Below, piece after piece: positions 30,041 through 41,019 of a stretch of DNA of 45,757 bases (within the stretch, counting starts at the first letter, position 1; every line of letters starts with the position of its first letter). The stretch lies in contig MU053340.1 in NCBI GenBank assembly GCA_013239625.1, positions 1 to 45,757 of the forward strand, written 5' to 3'. The position numbers and the translations under genes were made by a program. This DNA is from Lama guanicoe. Taxonomy: Eukaryota. A model generated the notes under the pieces. It ran no database searches and was not told where the DNA came from. It was given only the letters and a program-made list of their open reading frames with translations.

Positions 30041-31848
30041 GGTGCCTGGAGCTGGGAAGGCCGGCAGTGAGGGTGAAGCGAGAGAGCCGCTGCCACCAGA
30101 CTCCTTTTCCCCCTCCTCCTCCCAGAGCTGGCTCCCCCTCTTCCTGTCCTCCATCCCCTACCCCCGCCCTGGCTGGTCCACGTGGAATGGGGGCTGGGGA
30201 GACTGAGCTGGCGGGGCGGGGGAGGGGGAGTGGAATAGCGGGACGAGGCAGGGCTGATAGTGTTAAGAGTCGGAGGAAAGAACCACAAAGAACTCCAGGT
30301 TTACCCCCACCCTCACCCTGAGGGGTCTGAGAGACCTGGGGCCTGGAGGGGGAGGGAAGTTCAGAAAAGTTGAGAAGTCGGAGCTGACTTTAGGGAAAAA
30401 AAAATTCAGAGCCTTTTTGTTTTTCTGGAACTCCCGGGTCCTAAAGCCGAGCTAAGGCCTCGCTTCTCTGGCTGGCTTCCCCAAATCCAGGCCTCTCCAT
30501 GTGGCTGGTGAGTCTCCAGAATGTGAGGGGTATCTCAGTGCTCCCTCCCACCCCTTCTGCCCCAGGAACGGCCTCTCCAGGGACAAGCTGCTTTGTCCTG
30601 CAAAAGCTGGACTGCCAGAGGACTTTCTGACGTGGGGATGGAGACCGAGTGGGAAGTGGCAGGAGTGGAAGGTGTGCAAGGTAAAACCAGGGGTGTGCCT
30701 CCCCGTTGCGGGCTGGGGGGCAATTGGAGTTGAGACAGGAAGGGGGCCATTCAAGCAGAGCCATTCAAGGAATGCTACAGCAATTAACATCAAAATGGTG
30801 GAAGATTCAACCCCTAGTAGGCCTTGAGGCTCAAGGTGGTGGGAGATTTGACTTCTAGCAGATCTTGAGCTTCTTTATACGCCCATTGTAATATATTAAC
30901 GTGGCAAATAACATGCCCACAGGCACCATGGCAGTCCCAAGCCTAGCCACAGAAGGTTAAAGAGTGGGAAATGGCCAACTTCCTGGGAATCCCAGCCCCT
31001 TCCCCAGGCTAGTTAGACTGCTCCTTCCACTTACTAGCATATGAAGCCACCAAGTCCATAAAAACTGGCAACACAGTGCCTCACGACTGCTGTCCCCTCT
31101 CCCTCCCTCTTTGGAGACGGAGACAGCCCAAACTCAGTCTACGGAATGTGTACCTACTTTTAATCTGAGCACCCAACCCCCACACCTCATGGCCTTTCTC
31201 GTGCCTTTCAATGTACCTCTCTGAATAAATCTACCTTTACTCAACTGTGCTGGCTCTTGAATTCTTTCCTGCGCGAAGCCAAGGGCCCACACTTGGTGGG
31301 ACACGTCCCAGGGGCTCAACCGAAGCCTGGGACACGGCCCTTCTCACACCCCAGATCCATTTTTCCTGCATCAGAGTGACCTCTTCAGGGCTGAAGGTGG
31401 AGCGTGAGCAGAAAGACCGCTGTGATGGAAGACCAGGTTCCAGGGCTTGGGCAAAGTAGAGGGAGGTGGGACTTCCCTCAATTTCTTGGTCTTAAGGGGG
31501 TGACGGGAGGTGCGGTGGTGCTGTCTTTGTGTGGGAGGGGCTTTCTGGGCTCCCCATCCCTGTGACAAGCCTTCCCACACCCACTCACCATCTGCCAAGG
31601 GGAAGACTCCCAGGGGCAGGAGGTCAGGGACTCAGGACACCGCTGAGCTTTCTGAAAAGAAAGAAGACGCAGCTCTCAGCCCCTCAGAGACCCTGACCCA
31701 AGCCACCACCCCGTCTTGCTGACGCCAGTGCCCGGCGCTAAGACCCAACGGATACGCCGGCCGGGCTGGGCCCCGAGTCGGCCCGCCCAGCGGGGACGCT
31801 AGCTGGGCGGGGAGAGCCGGCGGGCGCGGAGTGGGCAGCGGAGGGGGC
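30041..31848. promoter_or_regulatory. FKBP10/P3H4 head-to-head (bidirectional) promoter region
   Basis: Divergent gene starts at 30040 (-) and 31849 (+). GC boxes (GGGGCGGGG near 30213; GGGCGGGG near 31805) and CpG-rich flanks. Confidence 0.7.
30731..31373 (+). mobile_element. Solo ERV1-class LTR (MER41-like appearance), 643 bp
   Basis: TG...CA termini, 4-bp TSD GAGT (30727-30730 and 31374-31377), AATAAA at 31224-31229, U5-like 'gaattctttcctgcgcgaagccaag'. The family assignment is by recall. Confidence 0.85.
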
Positions 31849-34800
31849 CTGGCTCAGGCGGCGTGGGGGCTGCTGTGGCTGCTGCTGGGCAGCGGCGGGG
31901 CGCAGTAGGAGTACAGCTTCCAGGGCTTCCCGCCCGAGGACCTGATGCCCCTGGCCGTGGCCCACGGGCACGCGCTGGAGCAGGATGAGGGCGAGAGCTG
32001 CACTACGCACAGTTCAAGGTGAGCGCCCGGCCGGCGCCGGCCACCCTGTTGGGTCGGGAGGAGCGCGGCTCTCACCCAGCACCCTGACCGCCGAGTCTTC
32101 CCGTCCACTCGGGGCTGCGGGCTCTGGCCCTGCCGACCGGCTCTGTCCCCACCCTGCAGGCTAACCAGCTGGAGAAGGCGGTGGCCGCGGCCTACACCTT
32201 CCTGCAGAAGAACTAGAAGCATGATCTCACCATCAAGTATCTCAACTACTACTGGGGGCTGCTGGACGCCGCCGAGGGGCCCCTCCTGGACTTGGAGACC
32301 CAGCCTGAAGAGGCCGTCTTCCTCCGGGCGTGAAGCTCTACAACAGCGGGGGTTCCCGCAGCAGCACGGAGGACAGGGAGCGGGCCCTGGCCGAGTACCT
32401 GGCCATCTTTGCCCGGTGTCTGGCTGGCTGAGAGGGGGCCCATGAGCAGGCGGACTTCAAGGACTTCTACCCAGCCAAAGCAGGTATGCCCTCACCCAGA
32501 CTCCTGTGGGCACCCCTCTCACCCACAGGCCCTGCTTCCCAGAATTCCTAAGTTCCCTTAACACAAATATTCATTCCATACACACTTATGGAGCCCCTAC
32601 TAAGTGCTTGGGAGGTGGACCGGAATAGTGTCATCCCAGCCATCAGAGCCTTTAGGCGCTAACAGGTCACCTGCCACTGGGCGCAGAGGGCTACAGTGGG
32701 GAGGGTCCAAAGTGCCGGGCATCGGTGCAGAGAGGATGTGATATCCCAAAAGGGTCTGGGGAGGTTGGGGTCACAGGCCTTCCACGCAGAGGGAAATGCC
32801 GGTGCCAAGGTTGGAAACAGCCCAGCAGGTATGTGCAGAAAGCAGTTTGTGGCCAGAAATCACCCCTGGGGATTCTGAAAGGCAGAGTCCCTCAGCAAGG
32901 GCAGAAAGGACTGTCCTGAGGTTCTCTCACTGGGCTTCAGTCCTACTTCCAAACCTCACCTGCCATTCCCCCAGAATGCCCTGGCTCCCTCTCGCTTGGG
33001 GGTGGTGCCCAGCCCACAGCAGTCTTCCCCAGCATCACTTGTCACTTTACACACATTATCTCATGTGATCAGGAAGCAGAGCTGGGATTGGAAGTCATTT
33101 CTGTCATCCATATCATTGGATGTGGATGGAGCTGGTCAGCACACCAGCTCCTTACTGCTGCCACTCACCCCCACCAGATCTCTCTGCAGAATCCCTGTAG
33201 TGCAAGGTGGACTGTGAAGCCAACTTGACTCCCAACATGGGCGGCTACTTTGTGGAAAAGTTTGTGGCCACCATGTATCACTACCTGCAGTTCGCCTAGT
33301 ACAAAAGTGAGCCTCCTGGCGGGCCTGGGGCGGGGGAGAGCACTGTGTGGGGAGTCATGCAGAGTCATAGGGCACTGTCCCTCAGAATTGAGGACCCTGG
33401 GTGATGGGAGGGAAGGCTAGAGTTACTGGGGCAGGTGAAAGGCTTGTGGGAGGGAAGAGAGAGCAGCCCCAGGGGAGAATTCCAGGGCCTCTCAGGTAAA
33501 TGACTAGATAGCCAACAATTGCATAGCACTTGACAGTTTACAAAGCCCTGCTACATCTGTTTGCCTCACTTGATCCTCTCACAAACTGCCAATAGCTGAC
33601 ATTACTGGGCCCATTTTTCAGATGAGGAAACTGAGGCTCATAGAGGGCAAGGGGCTATTAGTCACATGGCCAATAAAAAGTGACACCAGGACTCAAGGTT
33701 CTTCTCATTTGAGGGAGATTCTGGCATCAGCTGGGGCTCAGATGGACGATCTCCAGGGTCTCTGCTATGCAGAGATGCCCAGATTCAGACAGAGGCTGGA
33801 GCTGGAGTAGAGGAGCTGAAGACCAGGAGACCCTTTGTGGGTCCAGTTGGCTAAGAGGTTGAGGACTGGGCCACCGGCCTCTGATTTCCCAGTCCCCTCA
33901 TCCTCCAGCTGTGTGAGCTGGAGCCTTTGACCTAACCTCTCTGTGCCTTATATTTCTTGTCTGTAAAATGGGGATAACAATAACAGTGAAGCTTACATGA
34001 GCTACACGGGGCATAGGAGAAGTGCCCAATATGTTCTAGATTGCATTATTATTGGGTAGGGTGAGTAGCTCAACAGATATTCTGGGAGGCAGCTGGGGAG
34101 CCAGGGGCACTGGACTAAATTGGGAGGTAGGGGTGGGTTAGGTGAGGGTTATACCCCTGAAGGTGGGGAAGTGCCAGGGCCACTACTCCCTCCTGTCCTG
34201 CCTGCAGTGAATGACGTTTACCAGGCTACCCACAGTGCCGCCAGCTACATGCTCTTTGACCCTGGAGACAGTGTCTTGCAGCAGAAGCTGGTGTATTACT
34301 GCTTCCACAGGGCTCGCTGGGGCCTGGAGGAGGAGGCCTTCCAGCCCAGGAAGGTGGGGCATCAGGACATGTCATTTGATAAAAATATCCTGGCTTCCTC
34401 CAAAGGCAGGATGGGAGATGAAAAGAAAGAATATGGTTTGTGGTTGGAGTCCTGGGTTCAAACCCAGCCCCACGAGCTGTGTGGTCCTGGGAACACCATG
34501 GACCTTTCTGAGTCTGTTGCCTCACCTGCGAAATGGGGGTGGTATTGCCTACCTGACCAGCACAGTGCCTGGGAGGTGGGAGGTAAAAAATAACCTGTCT
34601 GTTCCTGCCTTCTCCCCTCCCTACCCTCGTCATCCTCACTGCTGGCCTTTGGCCTTCTTCCCCAGGGACCCCCTCACCTGGACCAACTGAGGAAACTCCT
34701 TGGGAGTCCAGGGCAAGACTGGCAAATATGGCACACATGGTGCCACTCCCGATTTCCTTGTCAGTGGCAGACAGTGCTAATTGATCAAGGCATTCTTTTT

Positions 34801-36987
34801 CATTGAGCCCTCAGAATCCTTCTTACTTTTAAGCACATTAAGCAGCTATGGTTTTTCAATCAGCGTGGAAACTGATACCTGTTCCCGGGTCCTTGAGCTG
34901 GAAAAGGGCCAGAGGACCCAGATCCTAGGAGCTCTGGCTCCTCCACCATCTGGCAGCAAGGCCCAGCTCACCTCACTTTCCTTCCCTCCGCCCAGGAGGC
35001 CATGCTCTACCACAACCAGACAGCTGAGCTGCAGGAGCTGCTGGACTTTGCACACATGTACCTGCAGGCAGATGATGAGGTAAGTGGACCCCTGCCCTAC
35101 AGGGGTGGATGCACGTAGAGACTCCTTAGTCCTCTTCCCGGGGCTGCTGTGCCAGAGCTCAGCCCCAGCTCTTGGCAGTCGGCTATTGGGAAGCAGAGAG
35201 ATTTCACCTGTCCCTTATTTACGCCTGCCCTTCTCTCCCCACTCCATGTTCTCATGTCCACTCTTCTGTCCATGTCTAAATCTTGCTTCTCCTGGACCCA
35301 GCTCGGGTTGACACCTCCTCCAGGAAGCCCTTGCTGCCCGTCCTGACTCTGTCTTCTGGGCTTGCAGTGCCTCCCTGCACTGGAGTTACTTGCAGTCCTC
35401 ATCCATCTCACCCACCCCCTTCTCCACCTAGCCTCCTAGAGGACTGTGCTCCAGGACAAGGGACCAGGGTATTCCCAGCTCTCCCACAGCACCTGGCACA
35501 GAGCTGGGGCTCAGAAACTGAGTTTGAATGAACCAGTGAGTGGATAAATGGATGAATGAATGCAGGACACCAGGAAGGAAGGACCACAGTGTGTTATTAC
35601 ATTGATTCTGAATGAGGGCTTGAGAGCCTGAGTTCTCAGAGGTGTTGCTGCCCAGCACGTATTTATCCATTCCCTCTTTTCTTCGTGCACCCATGTCCCC
35701 CTCATCAAACACAGTGACCGGGTCTGGGCTGGGAGCAGGTAGGCTTTGGTGCTAGCCAGTCTTGGCTCTACCACCTCCCAGCTGGGCAACCTCCAGGCAA
35801 GTCTTAGGTAACCCTCAAACTTCCATTTCTTTATCCGTTGAATGGGGAGAATAATGCCCATCTCACACTGTTGGGCTGAGACTCAAATGAGATCCAGCAT
35901 ATAAAGCACTTAGTATAGAGCTGGCACACAGTAGGTGCTCAAATAACTCTTGTTGCCTGTTCTTTGCCAGACACCATGCTTGGGCCAAGGGTAAATTCAT
36001 GAAAGGCACAGTGTCTTGCCCAAGCAGCTTACTGATGCATGAATCACTATGCAATGGGAGAGGCCATCACAGGGCACTGGAGGTGGCCTCCAGACCAAGC
36101 CAGGGTCATCAGCAAGGACTGCATCCTGGAGCTGATGCCTGGCATTGGAGGGATAAACAAGAGCTATCCAAGGTGTTCCTGGTTGGGAAATAGCATGAGC
36201 AGACAATATTCAAGGACTAGCAGTATTCCCTGGGTATTTATTGCTGAAAAGGTGGGCTGTAGAGAGGGCAATGCTGACAGTAACACTGATTCTCTGCCAA
36301 TGGAGCAATTCACACATCAGTTCAGGGAGGGGGCAGTTTGGGAACAGGACTTTGGGAGAAACCCTCAAATCATTCCTGTGTGAGATCTTGAGGCTGGGAA
36401 GGAGGAGCTTTGGGGATTGATGGGATGGGAGGGCCCCCTTGGCCAGGAAGGGAGCCCACCTGGGTTTGTGCCTGCTGTGACCTGGTTTCTCGTAGATGGA
36501 GCTGGAGGAGACAGAACCACCCATGGAGCCTGAGGACCCACCATCTGATACCGAGCTTGGGGGGAGGGCGACTACGAGGAGAGCATCTATACTGACTGGT
36601 GGCAGGAGCCGGATGCCAAGGGTGATGAGGCTGAGGCCAGTCAGTGACTTCATCTTGGTGGAAGGGTGGGGATGCAGCCTGGGGTGGAGTTTGGAGACAG
36701 CGGGATCCATGCCACCGGCTGCAGACTCTGTGGAGTAGGTGTAATGGGCGTTGGCACGTCTCCTCTGGGGGCCTCTAGCCTGTTAGCAACCCCCTTCCCC
36801 CTTGGTGGAGGACGACGGCATCTTTCCTGAAGCAGAGACCAACTGAGACCTGTTCTTGGGGAGCCTCACTGCTCCCTGCCCCACCTCCCCTGAGGACAGC
36901 ACCCAGGCACCTGTTGGGAACGGAGTGGGGGGCTAATCCCAATGCTCTTTCCTTTCATTTTCAGAGCCAGAGCCTGAACTAGCATGG
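31849..36987 (+). pseudogene. P3H4: P3H4 (SC65/LEPREL4) unprocessed pseudogene
   Basis: Exon blocks 31849-32018, 32160-32483, 33178-33306, 34208-34353, 34996-35079, 36496-36639, 36965-36987 translate to P3H4 peptides ([93 protein letters not shown]). Lesions: ATG>CTG at 31849; stops at 31906, 32214, 32429, 33198, 33297; -1 frameshifts near 32329 and 36560; ~290-nt deletion in exon 1; terminal stop replaced by TGG. Confidence 0.95.
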
Positions 36988-37145
36988 GAAGAGGGCCCCC
37001 CTGCACCTCTCAAGAACTTGGGAAGCCTGGCCCAGTGGCACCACCCTCACCGGCCTGGGCAGCAACAAGAACTATTTATTAAGCATGTAAAATGGACACA
37101 GCTGACCAGGCTGCATCCTGTCCCACCTGGGAGCACTGCTCCCCA

Positions 37146-37674
37146 CGCAACGGAGGAGAACAAATCTGACTCCGTATGGATCAGCTCCTTTAGTTTTAAC
37201 CACTGTGCCCTGCTTTCTAGGCTTAGTCTTTCTGGCTTTGCACCTTTTGTGAAACTATGTTGCCTTTAGCCTGAAATACACAGGAGAGCCTATTCTCAGG
37301 ATCTGACTTTTAAGGATGTTATTAGCACTTCTGCACTTATGGAGAGATGGAAGTTGCAAAATAGAGAAAAAACTTTGTTTTGTTGGAGGTTTACAGGGAC
37401 ACCATGGCCTGACCCATACCATAGGAACAGCTGCGAGAACAAAGAATTCCTGCAGGAAGAAGCTTGCAACAACCAACCACACTCCATCCCCATTTTTTTG
37501 TATAAAAGGAACCTATATTCTGACTGGGGGAGGGTGATCCTCCAAGACATTAGTCGGCCATCCTCTTGGTCTGCCTGCTTTCCGAATAAAGTCTCTATTC
37601 CTTGCCCCAACACCTCATCTCCTGAATTATTGGCTTGTCGTGCGGTGAGCAGAAGGAGTTTGGACTCAGTAACA
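37146..37674 (+). mobile_element. Solo ERV1-class LTR, same family as 14352-14877, inserted in the P3H4 pseudogene 3' UTR
   Basis: TSD CCCA (37142-37145 and 37675-37678), 3' end ...taaca, TATAAAA at 37501 and AATAAA at 37585-37590. Confidence 0.88.
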
Positions 37675-40600
37675 CCCAGACCCCTCCTGCCTGTTTCTGG
37701 GTCTCTGGACCACAGGATGATGGTGCTGCAGCTGCTGACAGCCTGCCCTCCTCCCCATGCCCCCCAACCCAGTCTCCTGAAGGAGAAGAGTCCAGCTCTT
37801 CCTAGCTGGGGTCTCAGCCTGAACTGGAGAGACAGCATAGGGGCTGCTGGCATCAGAAGAGCACTGGGCCAGGAGTCCAGCAGTTTCTGGCACACTGGCA
37901 GTGGGTGCTCAATAAACATTTCTTGTTTGGAGAATCACAGCATTGGGATCTGGTCTCCTCTGGGTGGCGTGGTGAGGGTGCAGGTCCTTCCCTCCCTCTG
38001 CACCCATCTCCTCTCATCAGTGCAGAGGTGGGCGAGGGGCCATGGTTTGGCCTCTAAACCCTGGGTGTTTGAACGAAGGAGCAGCAGCCTGAAATTGCAG
38101 TCTGCCGCCAGAGGGCGTGAGTCCTGGGAAGACGGTGGTTTCAGATTTCTAAGATGGGATGTCCTGTATTTTCCTAGGTCAACATTGCTTCACTCAGGGA
38201 CTAGGGGAGGGGGGCCAAGAACATTTACTTCTGATTTTTACTTTCCAAGCACTTACTGACCCAGGTTCCTTCCAGTCAGAGCGAGCATGTCCTGCCCTGT
38301 CCTGCCTTCTCTGCCCGTTCTCCCATTCATTCCACAGTAGGGAACTGCCTTCTCAGGACCCAGAAGGGCCCTAGGGATACGGCTTGATAACAGGAGACTT
38401 CGTAGTGGCAGTGGGACTGCCAGACTGTCTTGCCCAATCTTGCATTGCTTCTAGGGGGCAGTGTCTGGAGGTGGGGCGAGGGTGATGCCAGGTGGCTACC
38501 ACCCAGTCCCCAACAATGTTCCAGAGTGGGCAGATGGGGGCAAAAGAGTCTCTAGGGAGGGACCCTTGGCCAAGGCCAACTAGGTGACAGCACTGCCCCA
38601 CTGCCCACATTTCTGGTCTCCCAGGGAAAGGGTGGTAGAGGAGGCTTCTCTTACCGGTGGGTGGAGCTGAAGCTGGTAAGCCCAGTTCTCACCATCCACA
38701 CCCCTGCCCAGATGTGCTAGGTAACCTGGTCTGGGTCCTGCCCATCTCTGTGCCCAGGAGGACTCCCTGCCCCACCCCGTGCACTTCTCTGGGCTTCTGG
38801 TGAAGGAAAGCCACAGTCTGAGTCTAGAGCACAGGCAGGTCAAGGCTGGGGGCGTGGGTGATCTCACTCTTCCCTCCCTCCCATAGGTGGGTCTGCAGTG
38901 GTGGCGTCTCCAGAGAGCTCTCAGGTGCCAGGCTGGCCCTGCCCCACCCCAGCAGTCTCATGCTGCTGTGTTGTCAGCTTCCCCTAAGCCCCGCCCCCTC
39001 TCTGGGAGGGGCTGGTCTTTCCGAGGGTGGGGAGCGGGGACGTGCTAGAGCGTGCCTGCGTGAGTAGGAGCTTTGGAATCTGGACGGCTGGGTGTGAGTC
39101 TGAAAGCGCCTGTGTGCCAGAGTGAGGAGGGCTGTGGGCTTGTGTCTTGTGGCGATGTGCGGGTCTGGGTGTGAGCGTGTGCCTGTGTGCACGCATCTGA
39201 GAATGTCCGTGGCAGCGTCGTGGGCGACTGAGCGTGTTTGCACATGCGTCCCAAAGGGTGTGCGCATTCGTGACTGTGATTCCAAAGGTTCTGTGCTTTC
39301 GCTCAGCACGTTATCTATTTGAGCGCCTACCCAAGCACCCTGCCTTCCTGGAGCTTGTATTCCAGCGAGGAGACAGGCAATAAACAATGTTATAAGTTAT
39401 CTGGCTACGATAGATAAGTGAGATGTAAAAACAGAGCAGGGTGAGAAGACCAGGAGAGCTGGTGCTGTTTCAGAAGTGTGTTGATGTGTGTGTCCAAGTG
39501 TGCACCTGAGTGGCATCTGAGTGTGAGAGTGTGTGTCAGGGGGTGTCCCCTAGGAGCAGGAGGCTGCCCCTCTCTAGGCACTCACGTCCATCCCGCCGGT
39601 TAGGCCAGGCCCTCCCCTTCCAGCGTCCCCTACTCAGCTCCTCTATCCCCGGCAGCCACCAGCCCCTCCCACCTCTCCCTGATGCCAGCGTCTCCCCATT
39701 GCCTGGCCAGCTCCCCAAACCGGTGAGACCGAGTTCCAGCGAGTCCCAGCGTGGGCCCTCTGGGGCCCTCCAGCCCATTGTCCCAACCCCACCCAGCCCA
39801 GACGCCCTCACCGCCTCCACATCTGCCTCACTCGGCCCTCTCCTTACCCTGCCCCCAACTCCCCCACCCAGCACCTCAGCAGTCCTACGCTCTGTAGCAT
39901 AATAAGTAGATTAGGGACAGCGAAAACGGCACTGGGGATGATGACCTAACACAGAAGTCCCAGACTCAGATGCCATAGAGGTGTCCTGGACCCAGAAAGA
40001 CCGCATCCTGAGGAAAGCATCACTGCTACAATGTATTGAATGCCTACCATGTGCAGGCACTCGACAGGTTCTTTACCTCAAAACAGTCTTGCAACCTAGA
40101 TAGCAATTCCCTTCTGCAACAGGTGAGGCTGATGAACGAGAAGCAACCTGTCCTTAGGATGTCAGGTGGGGCCTCAGGGGAGGAAGGTGAGGGCTAGATG
40201 TGGAGACAAAGCCCCCACATTGCAACATCTCACCAAGGGAGGCAGAAAGTTCCAGAGGGAGAGAGGGAAGGAGGGAGGAGGAGAGAGGAAAGGAGAAAAG
40301 GAGAAAGGGGAGGAAGAGCAAGCAGTCAAGACTCACTCTCAGGTCTGATTCCACAGCCTGGTCCCACCTCCCCTTGTCAGCTCCCTGGGGCTTGACCAGA
40401 TCTTAGAGGGCCTGGGGACAGACTTGCTGGGGTCATTTAGACCGCCCTCTTCTTGATCCTGAGGAGTGATGGCCAAAGGGAGAGTCCCATGGGATCACCC
40501 AAAATTCCAGTAAATTCCAGTGGAAGAATTTCCCCGTGAGCTTTGAGAAATAGTTGTTGAAGTCTCACCCTAGTGTTCCCCTTCTCTGGGAGAGTAGGGT

Positions 40601-40937
40601 TCCCCTGGGTACAAAGAGTAACCCCTTCCTGTGTCAGAAGGCTGTGTCCAGTTGGCACTGGGGCCAACCTCATAACTTTAATTGAGGGGGTGGTGTCCTG
40701 GCAGCTGCAGGGCCCAAGGCTCACGCAGCTTCCCCACTCAGGGGCCTCCATCCAGGCCTTCTTTTCCAACTTCTCTCCAAGGATAGCTCCAGCAGATGGC
40801 CCAATTTCATGGATGGGGAAACTGAGGCACAAAGAGACTAGATTGAGGCCCATGGCCAGGGTTCACTCTAAGCTAGGCTGGCGCAGCCCTGTCTGGCTTC
40901 TTCCTGTGATCAAATTCCCAGATGACTTGGGGATCTG

Positions 40938-41019
40938 NNNNNNNNNNNNNNNNNNNNNNNNNNNNNNNNNNNNNNNNNNNNNNNNNNNNNNNNNNNNNNN
41001 NNNNNNNNNNNNNNNNNNN
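40938..41019. other. Assembly gap (82 N)
   Basis: Run of n characters. Confidence 1.

Noticed and set aside
34208..35079. Open P3H4 exons 5-6 as a truncated protein
   Set aside because: No signal peptide, upstream stops, a downstream frameshift and a lost stop; short open stretches are expected by chance.
37339..38259. 306-aa ORF on the plus strand
   Set aside because: Starts inside a solo LTR and runs into 3' flank; no domain or splice support.
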